Shown: positions 1 to 10,212 of the stretch, in pieces
Numbering within the stretch: position 1 is the first letter of the stretch
Layout of the letters: every line of letters starts with the position of its first letter
Source of the DNA: Candidatus Villigracilis proximus
GTDB lineage: Bacteria > Chloroflexota > Anaerolineae > Anaerolineales > Villigracilaceae
Assembly: GCA_016715195.1 (NCBI GenBank)
Contig: JADKBB010000005.1
Span: 30,053 to 94,052 of the forward strand
Direction: 5' to 3'
Length of the DNA: 64,000 bases
Made by a program: the position numbers and the translations under genes
Notes under the pieces: generated by a model
Seen by the model: only the letters and a program-made list of their open reading frames with translations
Told to the model about the DNA's origin: nothing
Databases searched by the model: none

Positions 1-2088
1 GTTACCGTGTGGAATGTTCGGTAGAACAATGAGTGTATCCATGTCTGCTGCACTGCCTGCGATCTCGCCGATCTCGCGCCGTACTTGACGATTCTGCTCA
101 TCGCCAGTTTCATTGAAATAAATATAAAGGTTCATCAGCGGCAGCCAGATCAATACAACGAGCGCAATGGTGACCGATAAAGGCTGGAGTATTTTCCCGA
201 TAAAGCTCAGACTGTCATACGCGAACAGGAATAATCCCAGCGCCGCCAGCGCATAGACAGCGGGAAGTCCGGGGTAGTAAACACGACCAAGTGGAGAGTG
301 TGCCGCGATGGGCACAGGAAAAATAAATAGTGCGAGCCAGATCAATATCCAGTAGGAGAATCGCTGGCGGAGGGTTGCCAGAGAAACGAAAAATCCCATC
401 GTGATCCAGGGAAGCAGGAATGCGTTAACGAGCGGTCCCATGCGGTTGTATAGAAAATCTACATTGGCGTAGATATACCAGCTTTTAAGTACTTTGGAAA
501 AGTATAACCAAAGTGTTGAGAATCCTTCTTCCCAGCCTTTCGCGTTGAAATCGTAATAACCCAGGCGGCTTGCAAGGTATGGAAGCAGAATGGGCAGTGC
601 AAAGATGGAAGGCGCAAGCAGGGCTGTGACGAAGCGGGCCTTTTCTGTTCGAGTAACATCCTGACGATTGATCTCAATCATACAAATGATAACTGCTGCC
701 AGCAGCAAAGGCCAGACTGTGTCATACGTGAGCAGTCCGAGTGCCAGTGCGATACCACTGACCGCATAGAGATGCCAGCGGCGCGCACGAATTGCCCAGG
801 CCAAAAGCAATAGTGTAAGGATCGGCCACAGCTTAACGTGACTTTCCACATTTGCGAGGCGGCTGGCGCTGATATCAAAAATGGAAGCACTTAATAGCCA
901 GGCTGAAAGCAGGGCCAGCGGAATATTCGTGAGGCGGCGCAGCAGCAGATAGAAAAGAAAAGTTGCCAGAATACTAAAGAAGGCCACTTCAAAACGTGCT
1001 GAAAAAATTGACGGCCCCAATAATTGATGGAACGGAGTTTGCATAAAAAAACTGACAGGCAGCGCGTCGCGATGATACAGCCCTGAATAATCAGGTAGAC
1101 CGCGAATTCCCAACCAGACTACTTCGCCTGTCCATTTGGCTTCGTCCCCTTCAATGCCGTATGGAATGGAATCCAACTCAAAAAGACGTCCAAAGGATGC
1201 GAGTGCAATAACGGCTACGACCAGGGTGATCTCAAGACCGCGCTTCACATAAATAGGCTGATTCAAGCTGAATACGATTTGTTGCTTTGCCAATTGTGCC
1301 CAAATGAAAAACCCAAGAGCCGCCGCCAGATATAACTCAATCCCCATTCTGTGTTCAGGTTCTCTGCCAAGACACCACTGCGCACACATGGCCAGACTCA
1401 GCGAAGTCCAGAGCAGGGCGGTTTTTATGCGACTTGGTGAACGGCGAACCAGCGCCAGAATTACAATGGACAATGCCAGCAATCCTGTTAGCACTGTGCT
1501 TGCAATTGCAGCTTCATAGTAGAGAAAATTCAGCGAGCCACGCTGCCAATGCAGGAAATAAAACGGGCGGCCAGGTTCCATTGGATTGATCGGAATTCCA
1601 CCCGCCATTTGCGCAGGTGCAAATATCAAAAAATAAGCTGCCAGCATTGTTACCACACCTGCCAGCAGAATTTCCCAACGGAATTGTGAAACATAAAAAG
1701 TGAGACGTTGTTTTAGGGTCTGCCTATTAACATGAGTCTCCGCTTCTTTTTCGACGTGTGGAGTTGTTTCTGTCACCGGTACATCAACCCATCTTTGACG
1801 ATGTGCCGCAACAAAAAGCAACAGTGTTCCGGCCAGCGCCAAAAGAGTTGGGATCAGACTCCAAAAAGGTATGTGCTTGTAAAAGATAAAATATAAATGT
1901 CCAGCCCAAACCGTCCACAATGTAATTATGAAGAGTTCAAATTTGTAATTCTTTATCCAGGTGAAAAAATTTGCAAGTCGAGCCCATGTGAGGATATGAG
2001 CATGGGGTTTTCTCCGCCTGATTAAAAGCCAATCCAAATATACAGCCGTGAGAAGCGCGAGGATCAATACCAGGTAACCGGAAGACAT
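1..2088 (-). CDS. GT-C fold membrane glycosyltransferase (ArnT/PMT-like, GT39/GT83 type); 3' end beyond window
   Basis: Absent from the ORF track, apparently because it runs off the window edge. Hand translation from ATG at 2088 (MSSGYLVLILALL...) gives many TM helices and the GT-C loop RLFELDSIPYGIEGDEAKW, followed by GPSIFSARFEVAFFSILA. Confidence 0.75.
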   Translation of the reverse strand, partial: MSSGYLVLILALLTAVYLDWLLIRRRKPHAHILTWARLANFFTWIKNYKFELFIITLWTVWAGHLYFIFYKHIPFWSLIPTLLALAGTLLLFVAAHRQRWVDVPVTETTPHVEKEAETHVNRQTLKQRLTFYVSQFRWEILLAGVVTMLAAYFLIFAPAQMAGGIPINPMEPGRPFYFLHWQRGSLNFLYYEAAIASTVLTGLLALSIVILALVRRSPSRIKTALLWTSLSLAMCAQWCLGREPEHRMGIELYLAAALGFFIWAQLAKQQIVFSLNQPIYVKRGLEITLVVAVIALASFGRLFELDSIPYGIEGDEAKWTGEVVWLGIRGLPDYSGLYHRDALPVSFFMQTPFHQLLGPSIFSARFEVAFFSILATFLFYLLLRRLTNIPLALLSAWLLSASIFDISASRLANVESHVKLWPILTLLLLAWAIRARRWHLYAVSGIALALGLLTYDTVWPLLLAAVIICMIEINRQDVTRTEKARFVTALLAPSIFALPILLPYLASRLGYYDFNAKGWEEGFSTLWLYFSKVLKSWYIYANVDFLYNRMGPLVNAFLLPWITMGFFVSLATLRQRFSYWILIWLALFIFPVPIAAHSPLGRVYYPGLPAVYALAALGLFLFAYDSLSFIGKILQPLSVTIALVVLIWLPLMNLYIYFNETGDEQNRQVRREIGEIAGSAADMDTLIVLPNIPHGN

Positions 2089-2098
2089 TAAAACACCT

Positions 2099-3268
2099 TT
2101 AGCGAAGACCGGTTTCCATGCGTGAAATGACAAGGCGTTGAATCTCGCTTGTGCCCTCATAAATTTCTGTGATCTTTGCATCACGGAAATATCTTTCGAT
2201 TGGCAACTCCTTGCTATATCCCATGCCGCCGTGGATCTGTACTGCTTGATGTGTAACGAACATGGCGGTTTCAGATGCAAACAACTTCGCCATGGATGCT
2301 TCAAGGGAATATCTTCCATCCGTTTGCTTGGAATTTTCTTTTGCAATCGCCGCATTGTAGATCAGCAGACGCGATGCCTCAATGCGTGTTTTCATATCTG
2401 CGATCTTGAATCCGGTTCCCTGAAACGCGCCGATTGGCTGACCAAACGCTTCACGCTGACCCACATACTGGCGGGAAGCTTCGTATGCCGCTTCTGCAAT
2501 TCCGAGCGCCTGAGTTGCAATGCCGATACGGCCTGCGTCCAGCACGGTCATGGCGATCTTGAAACCTTCGCCTTCTGCGCCGAGTCTGTTGTCAGCGGGG
2601 ATTCTGCAGTTGTCGAAGATCAACTCACTGGTAGCTGAGGCGCGGATTCCAAGTTTCGGTTCCTTCTTGCCGCGTTTTAATCCGCTTGTTTTTCCATCCA
2701 CCAAAAAAGCGCTGACTCCTTTTTGTTTTTTCTCAGGGTCGGTCATCATAAAGACCACGAAATAATCGGCTACGGGGCCGCTGGTAACCCAGGATTTTGA
2801 GCCATTCAAAATATAAGAATCACCGTCGCGGGTGGCGCGGCTTTTCATTGTGCCCGCATCTGAACCGCTTTGAGCTTCGGTTAGGGAATATGCGCCAATA
2901 GCCTTGCCTGATGCAATGGGTGTGATAAATTTTTTCTTCTGTTCTTCTGTACCAAATTTTAATATGCCGTGACAGTATAAGGAATTGTTTACCGACATGA
3001 TAACGCCATGCGCTGCATCCACTTTGCAGATTTCTTCAAGAGCCAGAACATAGGCGAGTGCATCCATACCCGCGCCGCCATATTGCTCGGGAACTTCGAT
3101 TCCCATAAATCCCATTTCTCCCATTTTTTTCATCGTCGCGTGCGGAAATTCTCCGCTTTCATCATGTTCGGCTGCGATCGGGGAGATTTCCTTTTGGGCA
3201 AAATCGCGCGCCGCATCGCGGATCATTTTGTGTTCGGCTGTAAGTGGGTGGATGGGAAGATCGGTCAT
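2099..3268 (-). CDS. Acyl-CoA dehydrogenase (short/branched-chain type)
   Basis: Motifs YSLTEAQSGSD, KLGIRAS and QIHGGMGY...[10 protein letters not shown]. Confidence 0.95.
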   Translation of the reverse strand: MTDLPIHPLTAEHKMIRDAARDFAQKEISPIAAEHDESGEFPHATMKKMGEMGFMGIEVPEQYGGAGMDALAYVLALEEICKVDAAHGVIMSVNNSLYCHGILKFGTEEQKKKFITPIASGKAIGAYSLTEAQSGSDAGTMKSRATRDGDSYILNGSKSWVTSGPVADYFVVFMMTDPEKKQKGVSAFLVDGKTSGLKRGKKEPKLGIRASATSELIFDNCRIPADNRLGAEGEGFKIAMTVLDAGRIGIATQALGIAEAAYEASRQYVGQREAFGQPIGAFQGTGFKIADMKTRIEASRLLIYNAAIAKENSKQTDGRYSLEASMAKLFASETAMFVTHQAVQIHGGMGYSKELPIERYFRDAKITEIYEGTSEIQRLVISRMETGLR

Positions 3269-3441
3269 TTGTTATCTCTCCGGAAGAAAATAGTTTTCAA
3301 GATTATACCGCTTTGGGCGTGTAAGCTGGCGCGTTGTAATAATCGGAAAATGGCAATTGACTTCTCTCCATCGTCCAATATAATTACATGATTAAGATGG
3401 CTTATGCAAAGGCGGTTTAAAACTATTTTATAATCCCTTAT

Positions 3442-3864
3442 ATGAACTCTCGCATCTGGCAATTTGAAACTACATTAACAAACCGCCTTCTCGTCTGGAG
3501 CATTCTCAGCGTTCTCTTCGGACTTGCAGCCTGCTTCGCCTCCGATAACTTTTTGCGCGGCTTCGGCATTCAGGGCGTCGCCTGGGGACTCATTGATTTT
3601 GCCATTGCTTTCCTCGGCGCAAAATCTGCCGCTCGACGCAAATCCACAGCCGACCCGATGCGTGAAGCGCAAAGCATCCGCAAAATCCTGTGGGTCAACT
3701 TTGGTCTGGACGTGTTGTATATCCTCGCTGGATTTTTTATTATCCAAAATTATGCTGAAGCGTTTTGGATTGGCACGGGCTGGGGTATTATTCTACAAGG
3801 CGCGTTTTTATTTTTCTTTGATCTTATTCACGCGTTAAGCGTGCCCAATATAGAGGCTATATGA
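3442..3864 (+). CDS. Small 4-TM membrane protein (DUF6992-like)
   Basis: Hydrophobic, with WGLID...NFGLDVLY...GWGIILQGAFLFFFD pattern. Family assignment is from memory. Confidence 0.6.
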   Translation: MNSRIWQFETTLTNRLLVWSILSVLFGLAACFASDNFLRGFGIQGVAWGLIDFAIAFLGAKSAARRKSTADPMREAQSIRKILWVNFGLDVLYILAGFFIIQNYAEAFWIGTGWGIILQGAFLFFFDLIHALSVPNIEAI

Positions 3865-4385
3865 TCTTTTCCTATCTTAACTCCAAGTGCGAAGCTCGTG
3901 ACCATGCCGAAGGCGGATGTGGAGTGTTCGCGGTTGCAAATATTACCAAAGGTGAGCTCGTCTCTCTCTGGGGCGGGCGGATTGTCCGCAAAGATGAGCT
4001 TGATCCATCCATGCCGCGCTTCACGCAGCGCGTCCTTCAAATGGACGAAGATCTGTATTTATTGACCGCGGAAGAGAAGGAGCCCAATGATTGTTTCAAT
4101 CATTCCTGTAACCCCAATTTGGGATTCTTCGGACAGATCGGTTTGGTGGCTTTACGCGATATTAAGACAGGCGAAGAATTGATGTTTGATTACGCCATGT
4201 CTGATGGCGGACCATACGACGAATTTGAATGTTATTGCGGCTCGGTGAATTGTCGAAAAAGAGTCACAGGGAACGACTGGAAACTTCCTGAATTGTGGAA
4301 GAAATATAAAGGCTATTTCTCCCCTTATCTCGCGCGGCGGATCGAGTCGTTGCGTGCCGGCAACTCCGTGGAGCGCGGACTTTAG
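3861..4385 (+). CDS. SET-domain protein-lysine methyltransferase with post-SET Cys motif
   Basis: GCGVFA, FNHSCNPN, ELMFDY and post-SET CYCGSVNCR. Confidence 0.92.
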   Translation: MIFSYLNSKCEARDHAEGGCGVFAVANITKGELVSLWGGRIVRKDELDPSMPRFTQRVLQMDEDLYLLTAEEKEPNDCFNHSCNPNLGFFGQIGLVALRDIKTGEELMFDYAMSDGGPYDEFECYCGSVNCRKRVTGNDWKLPELWKKYKGYFSPYLARRIESLRAGNSVERGL

Positions 4386-4390
4386 TCTGC
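4369..4390 (+). repeat. REP-like hairpin TGGAG-CGCGGAC-TTTA-GTCTGC
   Basis: 20/22 identical to the reverse complement of 10299-10320. Confidence 0.7.
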
Positions 4391-4406
4391 ATTCCAAGAT
4401 ATTGAA

Positions 4407-5021
4407 ATGAAATATTTACTCGGTGAAAAACTAAATATTGACTGGAAAGTTGCGATTGTCACCATCGTCAGCACTTCGTTGTTGATCATTGACCATTACT
4501 ATACGTTCACGGCCTACAAATACTGGGATCGTATCATTCTCTATTTTTTTATTCCGCTTTTGTTGACAGTGATTTTATTTCGTGAAAACCCGAAAGAATA
4601 TGGCTTCTCCTTTGGCAACTGGAAACTGGGATTAACCTACACCGTGCTTGGGATTCTCGTCATGGCTCCCGTCATTTATTATCTGGGAAGCGGCAACGCG
4701 GCCATGAAGACATATTACGAAAGATTTTTGCCCGGCCTGCCGTGGACAACTTTCATTGATCTGCTCGGTTGGGAATTCTTCTTTCGCGGTTGGATTCTTT
4801 TTGCCTATGTGCGTAAATTCGGGCATGACGGATTGTGGCTGCACGCTGTGCCATTTGCGCTGGCGCATATCAGCAAGCCGGATATTGAAACACTCTCCAC
4901 TATCTTTGGAGGTTTTGCTTTTGGCTGGGTGGCATACCGCACAAGGTCATTTTTCTGGCCGTTTCTGATTCATTGGTTTATTGCCACGTTTGTTATCCTG
5001 GTTGCCGCTGGCGTGATATAA
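4407..5021 (+). CDS. CPBP (CAAX protease/Abi) family intramembrane metalloprotease
   Basis: WEFFFRG, FALAH and a C-terminal H motif; multiple TM helices. Confidence 0.88.
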   Translation: MKYLLGEKLNIDWKVAIVTIVSTSLLIIDHYYTFTAYKYWDRIILYFFIPLLLTVILFRENPKEYGFSFGNWKLGLTYTVLGILVMAPVIYYLGSGNAAMKTYYERFLPGLPWTTFIDLLGWEFFFRGWILFAYVRKFGHDGLWLHAVPFALAHISKPDIETLSTIFGGFAFGWVAYRTRSFFWPFLIHWFIATFVILVAAGVI

Positions 5022-5030
5022 AGAGTAGAT

Positions 5031-5474
5031 ATGAATACCTATCCTGTTCGTCCGGCTTTGGAATCAGAATCCACTCAAATTAAAGGCTTGATCAATTTGG
5101 TCGGGATCAATCCCACAGGGCTGGATTGGAAGCGTTTTATCGTTGTGGTCAATGAAAAGGGGCAGGTCATTGCCTGCGGGCAGATCAAGCCTCATGGAGA
5201 AGACATCCGCGAACTGGCTTCGATTGCAGTTAACCCTGAATATCGCGGGCAGGGATTGGCGCGTGTTGTGATTGAGATGCTTTTGCATGAAAACCCGAGA
5301 CCGTTATATCTAATGTGTGTTTCTCATAATGGGCCGATGTATGAAAAGTTTGGCTTTCAAGTGATCGCAGATAAGGCCATGCCGCGCTATTTTGCGCGAA
5401 TTAAAAAGTTGTTTAAACTTTCCGATGTATTTAGAAGATCAGGTCAAGAATTGCTTGTCATGAAGTTGGAGTAA
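5031..5474 (+). CDS. GNAT N-acetyltransferase
   Basis: Acetyl-CoA motif VNPEYRGQGLA and YEKFGF. Confidence 0.88.
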   Translation: MNTYPVRPALESESTQIKGLINLVGINPTGLDWKRFIVVVNEKGQVIACGQIKPHGEDIRELASIAVNPEYRGQGLARVVIEMLLHENPRPLYLMCVSHNGPMYEKFGFQVIADKAMPRYFARIKKLFKLSDVFRRSGQELLVMKLE

Positions 5475-5484
5475 AATCATTCGT

Positions 5485-6060
5485 ATGAAGAATGCTTTAT
5501 ATGTTTTACTTGGGGTGCTGGCGGGCTTTGTGCTGGCGGGTGTGCTTATTTTTGTGGCGCGCGCGCCGGCTGGAGAACCGGTCGTTTTACTTCCTGCGCC
5601 CACCAAGGCACCGGTGGCTGTGCATGTGATTGGCGCAGTGCCGCGCCCGGGTTTGTATGAATTTGCAGAAGGCGCACGTGTGCAGGATGCAATCGATGCC
5701 GCCGGTGGAATTCTGGCCGAAGCCAATGTGGATGCGGTCAATTTGGCCGCGCTGCTTGAAGATGGTCAGCAGTTGGTGATTCCATATCAGGATGGCAGCG
5801 TGCCCTCTGAAGAACCATTGGTTGATCTTCCATCCTCCACCGAAGAGCCGACTAATAATTCCGGAACGGAACTCATTAATATCAACACTGCCGGTGTTGA
5901 CGAATTGGATACGCTTCCCGGAATTGGACCGACCACCGCGCAAAAAATAATCGACTATCGCACCGAAAATGGACCATTCGCAAGCATAGAAGATATTATG
6001 AAAGTTTCTGGAATTGGTGTATCTACATTTGATAATATTAAAGGACTGATAAAAATCTAA
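5485..6060 (+). CDS. comEA: ComEA competence DNA receptor (TM + SLBB + HhH)
   Basis: VHVIGAVPRPGLY...RVQDAIDAAGG and ININTA...LPGIGP..AQKIIDYR..NGPF. Confidence 0.92.
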   Translation: MKNALYVLLGVLAGFVLAGVLIFVARAPAGEPVVLLPAPTKAPVAVHVIGAVPRPGLYEFAEGARVQDAIDAAGGILAEANVDAVNLAALLEDGQQLVIPYQDGSVPSEEPLVDLPSSTEEPTNNSGTELININTAGVDELDTLPGIGPTTAQKIIDYRTENGPFASIEDIMKVSGIGVSTFDNIKGLIKI

Positions 6061-6611
6061 TGCCTGCCTTTGATCATTTTTCAGCCATCGCTTCGATCTA
6101 TGCCCGTGTAACATATTCAAAAGCAAATCTTATGCGTGAAGTTGCCGCGCTGCCTGTTGCGGGAAAACTGCTGGATGTGGGCGGCGGCACGGGACGTGTC
6201 GCATCTGCGATCTGTGATCTTGTGGACGAAGTGATCATTACTGATGTATCTTTCGGAATGCTGGACAAAGCGGATCGCTCCGCGTTCAAGCCTGTTTGCG
6301 GCGGTTCTGAATCATTACCCTTCGCTGATAATTCCTTCGAGCGTGTCATCATGGTGGACGCACTGCATCACGTGATCGATCAAGTTGATAGTGCGCGTGA
6401 AATGCTGCGCGTGCTCAAACCCGGCGGACTGCTCGTGATCGAAGAACCTGATATCCGCACCTTTGGTGTGAAGTTGATCGCCATCGCTGAAAAACTTCTC
6501 CTGATGCGCAGTCACTTTCTTGCACCAGATCAGATCGTAAAATTATTCCCAGATCAAGAGACAAATATCCGCGTAGAAGATGGGACAGCCTGGATCATCA
6601 TCAAAAAATAA
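6060..6611 (+). CDS. Class I SAM-dependent methyltransferase (UbiE-like)
   Basis: LLDVGGGTG, LPFADNSF and RVLKPGG. Confidence 0.88.
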   Translation: MPAFDHFSAIASIYARVTYSKANLMREVAALPVAGKLLDVGGGTGRVASAICDLVDEVIITDVSFGMLDKADRSAFKPVCGGSESLPFADNSFERVIMVDALHHVIDQVDSAREMLRVLKPGGLLVIEEPDIRTFGVKLIAIAEKLLLMRSHFLAPDQIVKLFPDQETNIRVEDGTAWIIIKK

Positions 6612-6634
6612 AATCACGCTTTTTATAAAATATA

Positions 6635-6680
6635 AAAAACATCCCAAAAATTGTCATCAGACAACCTTCGGGATGTTTTT
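6635..6680. terminator. Bidirectional intrinsic terminator between convergent genes
   Basis: AAAAACATCCC...GGGATGTTTTT stem with A and T tails. Confidence 0.6.
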
Positions 6681-6752
6681 CTTAATTATGGAGTATCAGC
6701 AGCTTCTGATGAGTCCATCACTCATGCCCAGGGGCGAGCACGGACAGCCACA

Positions 6753-6776
6753 CGGACAGCAAGCTGTCCGACTCCA
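6753..6776 (-). repeat. REP-like hairpin with TGGAG foot
   Basis: Perfect hairpin CGGACAGC-AA-GCTGTCCG followed by ACTCCA. Confidence 0.6.
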
Positions 6777-6786
6777 AAGCTCTTTT

Positions 6787-7938
6787 TTACTCACTCGCCA
6801 ACACATGCCTTGCAATGACCAAACGCTGAATTTCGCTGGTGCCTTCGCCGATGGTCATCAGGCGCGCATCGCGGTACATTCTTTCCACATTGTATTCGCG
6901 GCTGTATCCATTCCCACCGTGGATCTGGATCGACTCATAACAGACGCGTTCTGCCATTTCGGTGGCGTACAACTTCGCCATCGCGGCTTCTTTATTGTAG
7001 GGGCGTCCCTGATCTTTGAGCCACGCGGCTTTATGCAGAATGGTTCGCGCGAGTTCGATCTCTGTTGCCATGTTAGCTAATTTAAACTGAATAGCCTGAA
7101 ACTCCGAAATAGACTGGCCGAATGCCTTGCGTTCCCGTGCGTAGTCTACGGCGGCTTCGAGTGCGGCCTGCGCCAGCCCGATGGAGATTCCGCCAATGCT
7201 GATGCGGCCGGCATCCAATGTGGCGAGGGTCTGCTGCAATCCGCGTCCTTCCACGCCCACCAAATTCCCCAACGGCACGCGGACATTGTCATAGGTGATG
7301 CCGTGAGCGGGGGAGCCGCGCAGTCCCATCTTTTTTTCAGCGGGACCAACTTTCATTCCCTTCGTATCAGTTGGGACAAGGACCATGCTCAAAGACTTTG
7401 ATCCACCCTTCGGGTCTGTGCGGACCAAGGTAATCACATATTCGGCAATACCGGCGTTGGTACACCACATCTTTGCGCCATTGATGACCCATTCATCGCC
7501 TTGTTTTTCGGCTTTGGTAATGACTCCGCCTTGAATATCAGAGCCGGCCCCGGGTTCGGTCAATGCGAGTGCGCCGAGTTTGTTCTTGCCTTCTGAAACC
7601 AATGGCAGCCATTTTGCTTTCAACTCTTCCGAGCCATACAAAGCGATGGGCGCGGTGCCCAGCCCGTTGTGCGCGGTGAAAGCCAAAGCCGTGGAGCCGC
7701 AGCCCCAGCCCAATTCTTCCATGGCAATGGCCGATGAGATCATGTCTACGTTTGAGCCGCCGTAGGCTTCGGGAATGCTCATGCCGAGCAGACCGAGCGG
7801 CCCGCCCTTGCGGACAGCATCCCAGTTGAAAGTTTCGTTTTCATCCATTTCGCGTGCTTTTGGTTTTACAACCTTTGCCACAAACTCGTGGACAGATTTC
7901 TTCCATGCTTTTTGTTCGTCGTTTAGATCAAAATCCAT
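6787..7938 (-). CDS. Acyl-CoA dehydrogenase
   Basis: [17 protein letters not shown] and QIHGGNGY...[10 protein letters not shown]. Confidence 0.95.
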   Translation of the reverse strand: MDFDLNDEQKAWKKSVHEFVAKVVKPKAREMDENETFNWDAVRKGGPLGLLGMSIPEAYGGSNVDMISSAIAMEELGWGCGSTALAFTAHNGLGTAPIALYGSEELKAKWLPLVSEGKNKLGALALTEPGAGSDIQGGVITKAEKQGDEWVINGAKMWCTNAGIAEYVITLVRTDPKGGSKSLSMVLVPTDTKGMKVGPAEKKMGLRGSPAHGITYDNVRVPLGNLVGVEGRGLQQTLATLDAGRISIGGISIGLAQAALEAAVDYARERKAFGQSISEFQAIQFKLANMATEIELARTILHKAAWLKDQGRPYNKEAAMAKLYATEMAERVCYESIQIHGGNGYSREYNVERMYRDARLMTIGEGTSEIQRLVIARHVLASE

Positions 7939-8018
7939 GCTGGTTCTCCTGCGTTGATTTATTCAGTTTGATGGAGTCGTGTTTTTTATCCCTACGCAAG
8001 CCGTCCGCATGGTGTTTT

Positions 8019-8357
8019 CTATATTGTAATCACTTTGGCGGCTTTTGTTTGCGCCTCGATAATATCCGGCATACCGCCCACGATCCCAACCTGATTCTGC
8101 CCGCTGAGATTGTAAAAATCAAGACAGGTGGAGCAAATGATCAACCGCACGCCTTTGGCTTCCAGCGCCTTAAGCTGCTCCAATACTGGAGAATCTGCTA
8201 CGGTCAACATTACACCTTCGGTGTAGAAACAAATTGCGGCCGGCGGATTTGTATTTTGTAAAAGCAATTCAAAATATTTAGCGGCCAGTTTTTGTTGTAA
8301 CGCAAGGTCTGCCTTGCCCATGCCGTTATTGGTGACGAGTATGACTGTGTCTTTCAT
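8019..8357 (-). CDS. DsrE-like sulfur/selenium carrier, resembling the C-terminal domain of YedF
   Basis: GMG..D..L...L, ICFYTEGV.L and IICSTCLDFY...VG pattern. Confidence 0.8.
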   Translation of the reverse strand: MKDTVILVTNNGMGKADLALQQKLAAKYFELLLQNTNPPAAICFYTEGVMLTVADSPVLEQLKALEAKGVRLIICSTCLDFYNLSGQNQVGIVGGMPDIIEAQTKAAKVITI

Positions 8358-8371
8358 ATAACTCCTTTGAT

Positions 8372-8605
8372 TTATTCCGAATCTATTTTTTTGTCGTATT
8401 CTGCAAGAAGACTACGCGCCTTTTTTGCGTCCTTCTTTTCAACGTAAATTTCCACTCTGCCAAAAGTGACCGGCATGACGTTCAACGAGGTTGCTTCCTG
8501 AAACAATTCCACTTCGATCTCGTTGGACTGGAAATAGAGTTTCAACAATTCAGCTTCCATTTGTCCCAGCACTTCGGTTAGAAGTTCGTACTTTAATTCG
8601 TCCGT
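8372..8605 (-). CDS. DUF2007-like small protein
   Basis: MEAELLKLYFQSNEIEV...VEIYVEKKDAKKARSLL. GGAGG lies 5 nt upstream of an in-frame ACG at 8605, which may be a mis-called ATG. Confidence 0.65.
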   Translation of the reverse strand, partial: TDELKYELLTEVLGQMEAELLKLYFQSNEIEVELFQEATSLNVMPVTFGRVEIYVEKKDAKKARSLLAEYDKKIDSE

Positions 8606-9434
8606 GATGTCCTCCAGCAAATGATGAACAGGATCGTCCACAAGGTGCTGACCACAAACTGACGCATTCCAATGCGGACGGGTTTCCAGCCAATGGATGG
8701 ATGGGTGATGCCCCAAAGTGTTTCAAGCCATTGAATTAAAAACGGGATGAAGATCAACTGCGGATTTAAATTTGCCCAACCCAATAAAAGCGACGCGCAT
8801 AAATTGAATGAAGTGTAGACGAGCGCGCGTCTGCCCATTTTCCACAAACCGCTTCCAACCGGACCTGTAGCCTGATCCTGTTTCAATTCGCGTTGTTCCA
8901 GCCTGAGATATGCATAGACGATGCTCGCCGAGGATTGCAGCCATGTCCACGCGAGAAGCCACCAACCAAGCGGATTGTACTCTCCGAGCCCGATCCAATA
9001 GGCGGCGGGCGCGGCAAGTGACAAAACACCGGTGGCGACGATCTCAATGCCTGCCTGCTTTCGTTCAGAGCGCTGACTCACCAGCCAGAGATGCCAGGCA
9101 AAGACCGGCGCGGCAGGAATCGCCAGATACAAAATATAACCAAATCCTGCGAGGATTAAGGCAGATAATGCCAGGGCTGAGATGATGCCATAGACCAGTA
9201 ACCAGAAACGGGCGGGGGGCAGATCCGTGTTTGGGCGTCTGCCAGAGATCACTTTGATGATCACTGTGATCGGTTGACGAATCATGAACGCAGACATGGC
9301 CGCGATGATCAAATTAAATGTTGCGTAGTTGAAGGTGCCGCCTGCGAAGACCCCGACCAAGAGGGAGTGAAGATGAATACCCACGAGCCGTGGTCTTGGG
9401 GGAGAGCGATCTGTTTTTTGAAATTTGCAAGCAT
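8593..9434 (-). CDS. YwiC-like membrane protein (frameshift near 9365, probable error)
   Basis: From ATG 9434: MLANFKKQIALPQDHGSWVFIFTP (YwiC P-x-x-HG-x-W motif), then a frame switch into the long hydrophobic ORF. Confidence 0.75.
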
Positions 9435-9513
9435 TGTTTAACAAGCATACAAGAAAACTCCGATGTGTGCAAGGTTGTTATAATATCTGTAAATCATTTA
9501 AGGAGAGATACGC

Positions 9514-10155
9514 ATGGCAAAAAAGAAAAAGGTAAATCAGGCACAGACTCAGAAGGCGAATAAGACGATTCAATACGCGGCTCTGGCTTTAATGCTGGTT
9601 GTTGTGGCTGTGGTTGTGTGGGTAAACTCCTCTGGCACTTCGGGGCCGAAGCAATATACGGCTGCGCCGCCCATGACCATTGATGTGAACAAGACTTATA
9701 TGGCTACTGTAGAAATGGAAAAAGGCGGGCAGTTTGTGCTTGAGTTGTACGCCGATAAGGCGCCGATCACTGTGAATAGTTTTGTGTTTCTTGCGCGTGA
9801 AGGATTTTATGATGGTGTGACTTTCCATCGTGTGCTTGATGGCTTTATGGCGCAAGGCGGCGACCCGACGGGTACGGGTCAGGGCGGCCCCGGTTATGAA
9901 TTCGTAAATGAAAGCAGTGATCTGACCTTCGACAAACCTGGTGTATTGGCAATGGCCAATGCCGGCCCTGATACAAATGGCAGTCAGTTCTTTATCACTT
10001 TTGATGCTGCTGATTTTCTGAATGGCGGTTACACCATCTTTGGCCAGGTGACCGAAGGCATGGATGTGGTCAATGCAATCACACGCCGTGACCCGGATCA
10101 AAATCCGCCCACACCTGGCGATGCGATCAAGACCATCACGATCACTGAAGAATAA
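9514..10155 (+). CDS. Membrane-anchored cyclophilin-type peptidyl-prolyl isomerase
   Basis: FHRVLDGFMAQGGDP and AMANAGPDTNGSQFFI; N-terminal TM helix. Confidence 0.95.
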   Translation: MAKKKKVNQAQTQKANKTIQYAALALMLVVVAVVVWVNSSGTSGPKQYTAAPPMTIDVNKTYMATVEMEKGGQFVLELYADKAPITVNSFVFLAREGFYDGVTFHRVLDGFMAQGGDPTGTGQGGPGYEFVNESSDLTFDKPGVLAMANAGPDTNGSQFFITFDAADFLNGGYTIFGQVTEGMDVVNAITRRDPDQNPPTPGDAIKTITITEE

Positions 10156-10212
10156 GCAGTTTGTACGGATTCAGGCAGCTCATGCGACTTGTGGGTGCTG
10201 TTTGTGAGACAG

